Shown here piece after piece: positions 7,287 to 17,367 of a stretch of 36,370 bases of DNA (position 1 is the first letter of the stretch; the number at the start of each line of letters is the position of its first letter). The position numbers and the translations under genes are program-made. This stretch comes from a virus. Lineage: Duplodnaviria; Caudoviricetes. The stretch is from positions 1-36,370 of the IMG/VR virus record IMGVR_UViG_3300020043_007103; one strand, 5' to 3'. Below the pieces are notes generated by a model. It had not been told where the DNA came from, did not search any database, and was given only the letters and a program-made list of their open reading frames with translations.

Positions 7287-9830
7287 TTAAGCAAATGAGT
7301 TATTCATTGCGACGATTGAGTATCCATCCCCACCATCTCCACCTGGCTGCCCACTTCCAAGAGCTGCACTTCCGGCGACTGCCCCACCACCACCTCCACC
7401 GCCGCCGCCGACATTAGTAGTGCTAGTGGTCCCACCTGTACCTTTACTTGTATTGATCGTTCCGGAATTAGCGGTCAAAGAATTATAGAGAATTACGACA
7501 CTCCCACCTCCACCTCCGCCTCCACCGGCTGCATTCGTCCCGTTTCCGCCATTCGCGCCATTGGCGTTGATCGTTCCGGTAAAATTTAGAGTTCCCTTAC
7601 ATTCAAGATAAAAAGCTCCACCACCACGCCCACCAGTTCCACCCGTTCCTGAACCAGTCCCACCACCACCACCACCACCACCGACAATAAGATTAACGAC
7701 CTTAAAAAATCTTGTTGAATAAGAATTAACAGCGGTTCCGGCAGATCCACCCGTACTCCCAGAAGTAGAAGCTGCCCCCCCACCACCGGCGCCAGCAGTA
7801 AAAATATTCCCAGCCCCATTAGTTCCTGCCGATCCGGGAGAAGTCCCGGCACTTGCTCCGGCCCCGCCAGAACCACCAAGACTTGAGATTTCGATGCAAG
7901 GAACTGTAGAAGATGTGATGGTTACGTTTCCATTGCATTTGAAGATGATGATCGTGCCTGAGGCATGTGGATTTGAGAAAGCTATTTTCCCCGTACCTGT
8001 AATTGAAATCGAACTGTAGTTTTTAATGAAAATCGCTGCACCGGCCAAATCAATCGTAGTAGTTCCTGAGCTAACCGAAAGCGCACCATCACTTCCATCA
8101 CCGCCGAAAGCGCCGATAGTGGTTTGAACATAGCCGTTAATAACCATGTTCCCGCTTGAAGTGTCGTAATGGAAATATTTACCTGTGCTGTAATTACCAA
8201 TGAAAATACCGTAGGTATCCGAAGCAAACGGACCAATACCGTTAAGATTGCCTAAGCGACACGCCTCAAGATACCCGTCAAACGCAACGCCGGTGCGTGA
8301 GAATACTGAGTAATACGGCGAGTTTGTCCCCTCTCCGATCAAACGCAACCAACCGCCGCTATAGGTGGAAATAGAATCACTTTTACCCTGCTTAGCGATC
8401 GTACAGCCCTTGTAAAACAGAGGCGTCTCACCCGAGTACATGGTCAAAGCTTGACCAGAGGTAACGCCAACGTTATAGATACGGACCTCATCAAGATAGC
8501 CGGTAAAATAGTTCCCAGCCGCCAAAGAATTACGACCAAAGTACAAATCACCGGCTGCATAAGCGATCGGGCCAGCGAAGGTTGAGGAGACAGCAAGTGA
8601 TACGCCGTTTCGATATACGGTAAGAACACCTCCGTTACTCCACGTGCACACAAAATGTGTCCACGTGTTTGTTGGAACAGAATTAGCACCACAAAAGACG
8701 TAGGTATTGGCGGTCCCATCCCCTAACCCAAACTGCAGTTGGTTCGTGTTATCAACCGAGATGTCATACCCCTTAAACGCGAAGAAATCCTGACGATGGA
8801 TGATCTGCGAATATGCTGAACCAGTCCAGTAAATCCAAAAAGCAAAAGAAATTGCCGTAGTTGGTTTGAATGCCGCGTTATCAGCAACCGAAACATACGA
8901 ACTCGATCCGTTAAAACTCAACGCCTTACCATACCGACCATCAACATATGAACAATTAACCTCAGTGCCGTGATTAGCGCTAACTGTGCTATCCCGCGCT
9001 GACGTACCAGTATTTTCGTCAAATCGCCAAAAACCTTTAAGGTTGGAATTAGCCGCCGCGAACGTGACAGCGAAATCACGAGTTACGCGATACGTTGGAG
9101 CACTCGAAGCATCAATCACTCTAAACCATTCTTCTTCTACGCCGGTCGAAGCGAGTGCACGGATAAGGAGAAGATCATTAACCGCGAACGTCGAAGTATT
9201 TTTAGTCGTCAATGTCGTCCCATCAGCCGAAAGGTCGGCATCGAGAACATCGGCGTTGGCAACCATGAGCTGTCCGCCAACGCACGAAACAACATCATAC
9301 TGGAACGCCACGCCTTGCATGAGCCCGCGTGCTTTGATATTTTGCGCTTCAATGAGCGTCGGAGAGATCGTAAACCCGTCTAAATCGGCGGAGTAGTTCG
9401 AGCTTTGAATACGTAAATTCGCTCCGTCAAACGTGATGTAATTTCCCGATGTGGGGCCAAGACGAATGATCGAATTAGCTGAATCTAAAAGGATGTTAGA
9501 ACTTGCCTCGGTAGGACCGCTTGAAATCGTATTCGTATTGATATACCAATTCGCGATCCTTCCTCCTCGGGTTAAAATAGCCACGCCATAAATATTTCCA
9601 TTGCTGTCGAGCATCCAACCTGCAACATCGGCGACGAAGTTACTCGACTTCATCGTTCCGTCATACATGATTGTCCCACCAGCTGCCGGTAAAAGATTGC
9701 TCTTTGCTTCCGGAACGGTCGGAGTATTAGTTTGCGGTTTCTCTGCCGTCGATTCCGAAGAACCATAAGACCCTCCCGGTAAATCGGTCGGATAATAATT
9801 GTATTCGGGTTTGTAGGCAGAATCGGACAT
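7287..9830 (-). CDS. Tail spike/fibre with LamG (concanavalin A-like) domain and glycine-rich C-terminus
   Basis: LKGFWRFDE..G..ARD, GKALSFNG, WTHFVCTW, YRNGV and FTGYLDEVRIYN are classic Laminin_G_3 motifs; poly-Gly tail. Confidence 0.85.
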   Translation of the reverse strand: MSDSAYKPEYNYYPTDLPGGSYGSSESTAEKPQTNTPTVPEAKSNLLPAAGGTIMYDGTMKSSNFVADVAGWMLDSNGNIYGVAILTRGGRIANWYINTNTISSGPTEASSNILLDSANSIIRLGPTSGNYITFDGANLRIQSSNYSADLDGFTISPTLIEAQNIKARGLMQGVAFQYDVVSCVGGQLMVANADVLDADLSADGTTLTTKNTSTFAVNDLLLIRALASTGVEEEWFRVIDASSAPTYRVTRDFAVTFAAANSNLKGFWRFDENTGTSARDSTVSANHGTEVNCSYVDGRYGKALSFNGSSSYVSVADNAAFKPTTAISFAFWIYWTGSAYSQIIHRQDFFAFKGYDISVDNTNQLQFGLGDGTANTYVFCGANSVPTNTWTHFVCTWSNGGVLTVYRNGVSLAVSSTFAGPIAYAAGDLYFGRNSLAAGNYFTGYLDEVRIYNVGVTSGQALTMYSGETPLFYKGCTIAKQGKSDSISTYSGGWLRLIGEGTNSPYYSVFSRTGVAFDGYLEACRLGNLNGIGPFASDTYGIFIGNYSTGKYFHYDTSSGNMVINGYVQTTIGAFGGDGSDGALSVSSGTTTIDLAGAAIFIKNYSSISITGTGKIAFSNPHASGTIIIFKCNGNVTITSSTVPCIEISSLGGSGGAGASAGTSPGSAGTNGAGNIFTAGAGGGGAASTSGSTGGSAGTAVNSYSTRFFKVVNLIVGGGGGGGGTGSGTGGTGGRGGGAFYLECKGTLNFTGTINANGANGGNGTNAAGGGGGGGGSVVILYNSLTANSGTINTSKGTGGTTSTTNVGGGGGGGGGAVAGSAALGSGQPGGDGGDGYSIVAMNNSFA

Positions 9831-11329
9831 TACTGCAGCATTAGACTTTTAAACTGCGGTGTTGTCGTGCTCGTACCTTTAAGCGCAATGCGCAGCTGCA
9901 CAGTCTCAGCTTCGGAAATACCTGATTTTTGGAAATGCGAAAGTACCGCACCAAGTACGGTCGTTCCTGCTATCGAATGCGTGAAGGTTCCGATAACTGA
10001 AAAACTCGCCGTCAAGTTTTTACGATATGACATGCGTATACCTTCCCCGCTTGCTAACAGTTTTCCTAGCTCAAAATTAAGAAAATCAAAGGTCTTAAGA
10101 GCTTTAAGCGAGCCTATAACATAGAGAGGACTATCAAAATACCCGGCGTAATCGGTCCCATAGGCATATGACGTATTATTCGTTACGTCGATCCCATAAC
10201 TTGTGTTATCCCGCCAACCGATCAAGCATTTATCACGGCTAATTGGAAGTAAAGCAGTCGGTTTAAGCGGATTGGCTGATCCGTCATTTAGGGTGCTGAT
10301 CGTATGCTCTAATGTCAACACGTTTCCACGCCCGGTCTGCATCAGACTGTAAACTCCCATTCCGGAAATAGCCGTACTTCCTCCCTGACCGACGCCAAAG
10401 AAAAGTTTATTTTTATACGACATGATCGCCCCGGGGTAGAACTCAAGATATTTTCCCCCTGACAAATCTTGCGGTAGCTGACCGATCGGGATAGTACCCA
10501 CGCCGTCGCTCTTAAAGATCGTTCCATTGATCCCAGCGAGTACATACAATGTTTCGTTGATATTCTCCATGGCATGAATGCCATAATCAGCCATCTGAAT
10601 CGGCTGACCGAACGAAGGAGACGAACGATCCCATGGGAAAATATCGGCAATACGAATATCATAAATATTCGTCCCCTGCCATGTGCCAAGCATGAGGTTG
10701 TTCCCAAGTTCTCGAAGACATTTAATCCGATAGGCAGACGGAAGGTCCAATGCCTGTTGAGTAAACGTGTACGATGCGCCAGTTCCCGGAGCAAAGGTCG
10801 TAAGCTCTTCGATCGAAAAAACATATCGACCTGCACCACCATACAATTTATCGTCATTCTTTGACGTTATCATCGGATGCCATAACACATCGGAATCAAT
10901 CGTTTTCCACCCAAGCGTCCAATTTCCCGACGTAATACCTGATGACGTACCATCACCGCAGACATCTAAATTCGTATCACGAGCAACGAACAGATAGTTT
11001 TTCCAAATCCACAAACCATTCCCATGCGCATTCGTCGAACTCGTGCCCGATAATACCGCCCACGTCTCACCGTTATCCGTCGATTTATACACGGTTCCCG
11101 CAGAATCAAGGACATATACTTGTGCCGGATCAATCGGGTGCCTAACAGCCCAGTTCGGCTGTGCGGTAACCGTCGTACCGGACTTTTTCGACATGATGTT
11201 GTTAAGCTGTACCACGCCAGGAACAGTCGTAATGTCCATATTCACGACAGCGCCAAAACCGACATGCGGACTTTGCGCGATGCCTTGTCGAGGCGCTTCA
11301 ATTACGAGTGTGGTATCTTTAGTGGCCAT
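9830..11329 (-). CDS. Tail nozzle/DNA stabilisation protein (beta-propeller, P22 gp10-like)
   Basis: 499 aa, beta-rich, with Asp-box STDNGETW; position after the adaptor. Confidence 0.65.
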   Translation of the reverse strand: MATKDTTLVIEAPRQGIAQSPHVGFGAVVNMDITTVPGVVQLNNIMSKKSGTTVTAQPNWAVRHPIDPAQVYVLDSAGTVYKSTDNGETWAVLSGTSSTNAHGNGLWIWKNYLFVARDTNLDVCGDGTSSGITSGNWTLGWKTIDSDVLWHPMITSKNDDKLYGGAGRYVFSIEELTTFAPGTGASYTFTQQALDLPSAYRIKCLRELGNNLMLGTWQGTNIYDIRIADIFPWDRSSPSFGQPIQMADYGIHAMENINETLYVLAGINGTIFKSDGVGTIPIGQLPQDLSGGKYLEFYPGAIMSYKNKLFFGVGQGGSTAISGMGVYSLMQTGRGNVLTLEHTISTLNDGSANPLKPTALLPISRDKCLIGWRDNTSYGIDVTNNTSYAYGTDYAGYFDSPLYVIGSLKALKTFDFLNFELGKLLASGEGIRMSYRKNLTASFSVIGTFTHSIAGTTVLGAVLSHFQKSGISEAETVQLRIALKGTSTTTPQFKSLMLQ

Positions 11330-11330
11330 A

Positions 11331-12326
11331 TTATCGATTATCCTGATAAGCGGGCGTCATTCTCTTCACCATATCCTTTGTCCGACGACCAAAGAACGTT
11401 TTAATCGTCATCTCGTCTTTCAAAACTTGCTGCGGCAAAATACCGAGTTTCGGAGAATTGGTGTACGTTAAAAACGTCAGTGCGGCCTTGCGACAGAGCA
11501 TGACATGGTGCATTGGGTTGATGCCCGGACTCATCGATGTTTTGAGGAAAGAATGGTTACTTGAAGTTTGTGCATCGGTGATATCTACCGCCGAACCGCC
11601 GAGCGTCGTTGAAACTTTAAACTCACTCGTCGTTAGACCAGAAGAAATGACGTAATATTGTTGATCAGCAGTCAATCCGGTCGGAATCGTGCCATCAGTC
11701 TCGAAAATGACCGTGTCTCCGGCAACTAATCCATGGGAAGAAGCAGTAAAAACGTTTGAGGTAGCGTCAACCGTTACAGAAACGAAATTAAACTTAAGCG
11801 CTTGGCGATCAAAGTACGCTTTTAGGGCCGAAGATAAGCTATAATCTGGTTTCGGTCGCAAATACACGAAATCACCGAACTTAATATAGTGTGTCGGCGT
11901 ACCACTAGGTGCGTTTAAGTACCATTCTTGAAAAGTTCCCCCGCTCGCTCCCGTAATTCGTCCGGATTGAGCACCTATTGTCGGCGATCCGATCGTATCG
12001 AATGTTTCCGGAATGAGAAAAAGAGGATTTCCACTACCGTCTAACGCTTCAAGACGGATAAGATTGATAATTTTTTCCGTAAAACTACCGAATTTATACC
12101 GATTCGTTCCTGAAACGATATTCTGTGTATCAATTGGCGGCGAGGTCTGATTAATGTCATCAAACGACCACTGACCATCGGCCATAAACGCCAGCTCGCA
12201 ATACCAATCCAACGCATCATTAAGATCCGTTGCCTTGTCTTTGAACGGATACGTATTCACGGTCGAAGAACACAGACGATCAAGCGTCTGCACCAACCCG
12301 TTATTAAGTGAACTGGAGAACTGCAT
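11331..12326 (-). CDS. Head-tail adaptor with an inserted small beta domain
   Basis: Adaptor-like TQNIVSGTNRY and GTPTHY..VYLRPKPD motifs; insert SHGLVAGDTVIF..PTGL..YYVI. Start moved to ATG 12326. Confidence 0.65.
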   Translation of the reverse strand: MQFSSSLNNGLVQTLDRLCSSTVNTYPFKDKATDLNDALDWYCELAFMADGQWSFDDINQTSPPIDTQNIVSGTNRYKFGSFTEKIINLIRLEALDGSGNPLFLIPETFDTIGSPTIGAQSGRITGASGGTFQEWYLNAPSGTPTHYIKFGDFVYLRPKPDYSLSSALKAYFDRQALKFNFVSVTVDATSNVFTASSHGLVAGDTVIFETDGTIPTGLTADQQYYVISSGLTTSEFKVSTTLGGSAVDITDAQTSSNHSFLKTSMSPGINPMHHVMLCRKAALTFLTYTNSPKLGILPQQVLKDEMTIKTFFGRRTKDMVKRMTPAYQDNR

Positions 12327-12377
12327 AGAAGTAATTAGCAAATGGAGAAAGCGGGAGACCGCTTCCTCATCTAATAA

Positions 12378-13124
12378 CTAGGATCCTTGAGTGCGATTGA
12401 CACGGATCGTGACTTTCGCCGACATACCAGCATTAGCGGTAGTGCTGACGAAAAGCGTTTCACTACCAACGCCGCTGGCGACGCAATTGAAATAGGGTTT
12501 GCTCGGGCCGATCGAAACTTTCGCGACCGTACCGCCATCAGCCAAACCGCCATTCGCGGTCGTCAGGTTGTTTTCGACTAAACCAACCGAAGACGTGGTA
12601 ATGGTCGCTGTCAGAAGGTTCATCGAGGGCAACGCATACTGCGTCGTAGCCGGGCCGCAGTTGGCCTGGAATGTGCTCGTCGGAGCGCCGCTCACTTGGA
12701 TTCTGACAAGATCAACCGTCGAAGAAGCGCCGGTCCAACCACGTCCGCTGTCATCGGTTCTAACGACGATATCTCCGGATGTGGAGGTCGGCATCTGAAA
12801 CGGATTGATGAACGAAATAAGCGTCGTCGAGGCTACCGAACCCGTGAACGTTCCAACGAGGTGGTACGTACACACGTTATTCACGCAATGATACGGACCT
12901 ATAACGTCAGCAACGTTCGTCGCGCCAAGCTGCATATCCGGCTTAGAGTCAGATACCTGCTCGAACGCTTCGATGTAGTCACCGGACACATTTTCAATCA
13001 CGACACGCGGTGCTTGGCTGGAGTAACTCTGGTACGCACTAACTGCGCCAACCACAGAGAAAACCCCGAGTACGATCGCGACCAAGACTGCCGGAGAGAT
13101 CTTTGATGTAATTTTTTCCAACAT
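12378..13124 (-). CDS. Beta-rich protein with N-terminal signal peptide/TM, downstream of the capsid gene
   Basis: PAVLVAIVLGVFSVVGAVSA hydrophobic segment ending in V-S-A; Thr/Ser/Val-rich remainder. Confidence 0.75.
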   Translation of the reverse strand: MLEKITSKISPAVLVAIVLGVFSVVGAVSAYQSYSSQAPRVVIENVSGDYIEAFEQVSDSKPDMQLGATNVADVIGPYHCVNNVCTYHLVGTFTGSVASTTLISFINPFQMPTSTSGDIVVRTDDSGRGWTGASSTVDLVRIQVSGAPTSTFQANCGPATTQYALPSMNLLTATITTSSVGLVENNLTTANGGLADGGTVAKVSIGPSKPYFNCVASGVGSETLFVSTTANAGMSAKVTIRVNRTQGS

Positions 13125-13141
13125 ACAGTTAGGTCAATGAG

Positions 13142-13384
13142 TTATTCTTTCCGGGGACGACCGCGACGGACTTCCGTTGTCTCTTCTTTTTCGACTTCCT
13201 CAACCTGCTCCGAAAAGGAGTTGGGCATCAGAGGAAGGTTCTTACGAAACCGATCGAACTCGCCCTTAGCTTCTTTGATCGCGAATTTCTCCGGATTCTG
13301 GGCTTTGTACACCTCAAGAAAGGCCTCGAATTCTTGGGCGGTCATTGGCCTCACCGGTTCGCCTGCGTTAATTACATTGCTCAT
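13142..13384 (-). CDS. Small post-capsid protein with C-terminal AT-hook-like RRGRPRK
   Basis: 80-aa ORF; RGRP motif. Confidence 0.7.
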   Translation of the reverse strand: MSNVINAGEPVRPMTAQEFEAFLEVYKAQNPEKFAIKEAKGEFDRFRKNLPLMPNSFSEQVEEVEKEETTEVRRGRPRKE

Positions 13385-13393
13385 AAGGTTGCA

Positions 13394-13464
13394 TTAGGGG
13401 AGGAGGCGGAAACGAAGTATGCACTCGGTGGGAGATGCTACTCCATCTCCATCCCCTCCCCTAA
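13394..13464 (-). other. Long intergenic hairpin after the capsid gene
   Basis: TTAGGGGAGG (13394-13403) pairs with CCTCCCCTAA (13455-13464); no U-tract. Confidence 0.6.
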
Positions 13465-13474
13465 AATTAAATAC

Positions 13475-14341
13475 TTAGCTAAGAGTGATATCGACCAAGA
13501 GCGCAGCTTTCTGAGCCCAGACTTTGGCACCGATATTCGCCCATACCGCGATTTCACGACCGGTCTTAGCAGTCACTTTCTTTTCGTCGTACTGGATACC
13601 GCGCGGAGCAGCATAGGTAGCGATGTTCTTCACACCGAACAAACGATGACCGGAATTAGTGGCGGTCAACGTACCGAGCGTAGCGGTAACATAGGTGCTA
13701 TCACGGACGCAGTAGATATCAACGCCCATGTAATGACCGATCAAACCGTTGTTAAGCGCGGAATCCGCATAGCTATAACCACTTGCCACCTGCGTCTGGA
13801 TAAGACCCGGAAGATCAGAATTCTCAAGAACAAGGAACAGGCCCTTGTACATGTCCGAGTACCCAGCAACCTTAGCGATAAGATTCGAGAAGATCGTCGC
13901 GATATTCGCGGCGGTCTGGAATCCACCAACCGGCGTGGTATATGCGCCCGTAGCGCCATCAAGAACTTTGTTCAGAACGAACTGATCGGCTTTCACCGCA
14001 ACCGCAGCCGTCATGTCGTCAACGAACGACTGGTACAAATCAGCGCGAGAAAGCGTATCTTCAAACTCGAAGAGGTGGACGCCGTACGTTACCTGATCAG
14101 TGACTTCGCACTTGTCATCGGTCGTCGTCGCCGTTGATACCGAGTAGGTACCGGCCATGGCGGCGATAGCGGCAGTCGCGCCGGTCAAGTACGGATTAGA
14201 GATGTATTTCGCTTCAGTACGATCGACCATGAAAACTTTTTCGGATACCAAAGCCGAACGAAGCTGCAAGTCAAGTTTCGTCTTGAAATATTTTATGCGC
14301 CAGACTTCAGATAAAGTACTGGTGCCAATAGTGTTTGCCAT
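13475..14341 (-). CDS. Major capsid protein (probable HK97 fold, P22 coat-like)
   Basis: 288 aa, directly after the scaffold; AVAVKADQFVL spine helix, NGLIGHYMGVDIY and GAKV C-terminal patterns. Confidence 0.8.
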   Translation of the reverse strand: MANTIGTSTLSEVWRIKYFKTKLDLQLRSALVSEKVFMVDRTEAKYISNPYLTGATAAIAAMAGTYSVSTATTTDDKCEVTDQVTYGVHLFEFEDTLSRADLYQSFVDDMTAAVAVKADQFVLNKVLDGATGAYTTPVGGFQTAANIATIFSNLIAKVAGYSDMYKGLFLVLENSDLPGLIQTQVASGYSYADSALNNGLIGHYMGVDIYCVRDSTYVTATLGTLTATNSGHRLFGVKNIATYAAPRGIQYDEKKVTAKTGREIAVWANIGAKVWAQKAALLVDITLS

Positions 14342-14344
14342 AAA

Positions 14345-14386
14345 GGGTTAATCGTTAATAAGTCCCACCGATTAACCCCACCGATT
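14345..14386 (-). promoter_or_regulatory. Hairpin and tandem repeat in the capsid translation initiation region
   Basis: Perfect 10-bp stem GGGTTAATCG/CGATTAACCC ending 3 nt from the ATG; CCCACCGATT occurs twice (14364, 14377). Confidence 0.5.
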
Positions 14387-14390
14387 TTAT

Positions 14391-14957
14391 TTAGCGTTTG
14401 AGTTGTGCTTTTTTGTGTTCGATTTCGGCTCTGACGAGTTTCTCGATATCTTCTTCTTTATCGGGGACAATGCCACGATTAAACTTTTCCAAGATATCGT
14501 TGGCCGATTCGGTCTTAGCGCCGCGCCGAGCCGTACTCGTGTTCGCTGCAAGAGCAGTCGCCCGCTCTTCTGCGCGTTGATCCAAGATAGTTTTTGCTAC
14601 CTTGTCTTTCATCGTTTCGGCAATTGATTTGCCGAGTACTTTTGAGAGACGAACAACCTCGTCGAAATCTTCGGAACTGACTTTGTGTTCGGTCAGTGCC
14701 AGATAATCCTTTGGTGAAAGCGCGATATCGCTTTCCTTACTGACTTTTTCAGCTGATTTAGCTTCGACAGATTTCTGCTTTAGCATTCGTTCAGCTTTTT
14801 CAGCACGGATTTTGTAGTTGTTGGCGAGATCTTGAGCTTTTTTTAAAGCTTCGTTTTCCTCACCTTCAAATACGTCTTCCGATACCTCTTGAGGATCTAA
14901 GGTGTCCTCGCCCGATGCAGTGTCTAAGGTTTCCTGCTCTACCATTTCTTCGTCCAT
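14391..14957 (-). CDS. Capsid scaffolding protein
   Basis: Acidic N-terminus, coiled-coil, basic tail; immediately upstream of the capsid gene. Confidence 0.75.
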   Translation of the reverse strand: MDEEMVEQETLDTASGEDTLDPQEVSEDVFEGEENEALKKAQDLANNYKIRAEKAERMLKQKSVEAKSAEKVSKESDIALSPKDYLALTEHKVSSEDFDEVVRLSKVLGKSIAETMKDKVAKTILDQRAEERATALAANTSTARRGAKTESANDILEKFNRGIVPDKEEDIEKLVRAEIEHKKAQLKR

Positions 14958-15004
14958 AGTATTGTTGTTAAGGCGGTTTCAAACTCCGCCAAAGATTTAA
15001 TGAA

Positions 15005-15532
15005 TTATTTAGAACTGTCGAGTTTTGCCTTTGCTTTTTTCTCTTCTTCGGTCAGCTCTTTTTGATTGGCAAGCGTTCTCAACTGCATGATGTTGCTGTC
15101 GATATACGAGTTCGTCAGGAAGGCATAGGCGAGCATCGATACATAGCGATCTCCGTCAACTCCAGATCTTAGATCGTTTAAGGTAAGTCCCTCATCCTTT
15201 TCTCCTTCGAGAACAGCCAAACGATGAGCAAGATATTTGACCACGAGCTCTCGAGACTCAATGTGCAAAACCGCGATTTCAGGTAAAGTAATCTCTTTGA
15301 GATTGACCGAGAAAAGAATGTCAGCCTGCTGTCCAAACGGGACATCTGCCGAGAGTTGCGGTAAGAACACTTTACGAATCACTGCCAAGGTTGCTTCAGT
15401 AAAGTTGACCGGCTCAGAAGAAAACCCGAACAAGACATTGCGCAATTTATAGAGATTCTCTTCGTCTCTAAACGTGTTTTTAATGACCTCCATCTCTTCT
15501 TTCGAGAAACGGGTTAACTGTCCTTTATCCAT
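15005..15532 (-). CDS. Hypothetical head-module protein
   Basis: 175-aa ORF between portal and scaffold. Confidence 0.75.
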   Translation of the reverse strand: MDKGQLTRFSKEEMEVIKNTFRDEENLYKLRNVLFGFSSEPVNFTEATLAVIRKVFLPQLSADVPFGQQADILFSVNLKEITLPEIAVLHIESRELVVKYLAHRLAVLEGEKDEGLTLNDLRSGVDGDRYVSMLAYAFLTNSYIDSNIMQLRTLANQKELTEEEKKAKAKLDSSK

Positions 15533-15535
15533 ACG

Positions 15536-17365
15536 TTATTGATTAGCCATTGCCATAGGTGGCATCTGGCCTGCCATCGCCATCATGGGATTAGCAGGTT
15601 GAGTAGATGTAACTTGTAATTCGAGCGGGCTCACCCCTCCAGCCAAACCAATAATCTTGTTGAAGGTGAGTTTGGCGTTCGGATCCTGTAAGACCATCGG
15701 GTTACCAGCGATAGTCTTAAGGACCGTTGTAAGAGTCGTCATGGCACCTTGCACGTCCTTAGTCTCTCCAGTGATATCGATATCAACTTCCCACTCTAAA
15801 TCCTTGAAGATATCTTTCCACGTTTTAGAATCAACTTCAGACGGTTTAATGAAACGTTGGTTGCCTTGTAAGGTCTCTTGTAGTTCTGACTGAGCTTGTG
15901 CGGCGTCAAGTGCTTCGATCCCCGGATCATAGATCTGCCCTGTCAAAACTGCCTGTTTCTTTTTCTGGTTCATCCGACGATTTACTTCGTTCGGGAGATA
16001 CATGCTATCGATCTGCTTGATCTGATGATCTTCAAGGATCGCCGAGATTTCTTCTTTCGTATCAAGTTGTTTTTTAAACGACGGGATAACGTAGCGTCGC
16101 AGTAATTCTTCAAGCGCCAAACCTTTATTCTCAGTCATGGTCTCGAAGAGTGAATGGCTTTCTTGCAACATCGCTTGCGTCTGTCTCCAGGCACTACCAC
16201 TAGGCGGGTTCTGCCCCATCATTGCTTCGGATATACCGTTGATTTGGCTTGCTACGCTTTGCCATGTGGCTTGAAAAGACTGCATGGCCCCGATATCTGC
16301 TTTATTGTTAAGCTGCGCCATAGGGCCTTTGGCCGGGTCGTAAGTGAGGATGTCGCCATTTTCGATATTCACGAGCACATTCTGACCGACGAGTGAGGCA
16401 TCAGCTGTTTGGAAAATGATTTTAGAGGCAAGATCGAGTTGATCCTTCATTTGTTTTTGCGTGTGATTGACCATCCATTGCGCTTCAAAAAGGTTCTTTA
16501 CTGCTCCACCGGCATACGTTTGACCTTCTTTCTTAATAAGATGCGTCAACATGTACGGGTCCTGTGCTTCACGACCGGAATACAAGGTATAATCATCGAA
16601 GCTCTTATCATCATTCTCTAAGAACGTGATGACGTGCATTTGTTGGAAGTATTCATCTTCATCACCCTCTTTAACGTCTTCACCTTTACTCAACTTATAT
16701 TGAGCCAATGACATTTCACCGTGCACTTCATAAAGCGGAATATACCCAGCTTTATTATCGATTATCTGACCTCCGATCGTTTTACGAGTTGTCTTATTCT
16801 CAAGAAGTTTTTTAACCAAATCCTTGTTGTAGGTTTTATTCTTCTTGAGCTGTGCCGGAGTAAACCAGAGCTTTTCAATCTTAATGTTGTTCTCAAAATC
16901 AACCGGATCGACGATCATGTTATTCCAATCCATGACCTTACAATGCAATTCACCATTTTTCTCAACAGACTTGATGAGGGACGATCCATGCGTCGCAAGA
17001 CACAATCCCCAATCATTAAGAAATTCACCAAACCACTGCTTTTTCATCCATTCCTGAAGCTTTATCGTGGCAAGAAAAGCGGCAGTAACATTAGCCTCTT
17101 TGCTTGATCTGATGATGATATTCTTACGATCCAAATCCGTCGCACGGAACCAAATATTGCGCGAGGCAATCGAGATATTAAAGAATGGCTTATCTCTCCC
17201 TAAAGAATCCGTATCGCCCGAAGTATGCTTGGAATTGATATACGCCTCAGTCTTATTAATATCCTCACGCATGCTAAACGCGACGTACTTCGATGCAGTA
17301 GTCATCCCATCTTTATCGTTTTTTTCAGCTTCTCGTACAATCTCTTGTACGGTTTGAATTTCCAT
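15536..17365 (-). CDS. Portal protein (P22-like)
   Basis: 609 aa after the terminase; KPFFNI, NMIVDP, LYEVHG, INGISEAMMGQ motifs and a Q/M/P-rich tail. Confidence 0.85.
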   Translation of the reverse strand: MEIQTVQEIVREAEKNDKDGMTTASKYVAFSMREDINKTEAYINSKHTSGDTDSLGRDKPFFNISIASRNIWFRATDLDRKNIIIRSSKEANVTAAFLATIKLQEWMKKQWFGEFLNDWGLCLATHGSSLIKSVEKNGELHCKVMDWNNMIVDPVDFENNIKIEKLWFTPAQLKKNKTYNKDLVKKLLENKTTRKTIGGQIIDNKAGYIPLYEVHGEMSLAQYKLSKGEDVKEGDEDEYFQQMHVITFLENDDKSFDDYTLYSGREAQDPYMLTHLIKKEGQTYAGGAVKNLFEAQWMVNHTQKQMKDQLDLASKIIFQTADASLVGQNVLVNIENGDILTYDPAKGPMAQLNNKADIGAMQSFQATWQSVASQINGISEAMMGQNPPSGSAWRQTQAMLQESHSLFETMTENKGLALEELLRRYVIPSFKKQLDTKEEISAILEDHQIKQIDSMYLPNEVNRRMNQKKKQAVLTGQIYDPGIEALDAAQAQSELQETLQGNQRFIKPSEVDSKTWKDIFKDLEWEVDIDITGETKDVQGAMTTLTTVLKTIAGNPMVLQDPNAKLTFNKIIGLAGGVSPLELQVTSTQPANPMMAMAGQMPPMAMANQ

Positions 17366-17367
17366 AC

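Noticed and set aside
7380-7880. CCA/CCG runs as microsatellite or G-quadruplex signals
   Set aside because: Explained by poly-Gly codons of the tail spike.
13334-14137. 267-aa plus-strand ORF opposite the capsid gene
   Set aside because: Antisense shadow with no recognisable motifs or promoter.
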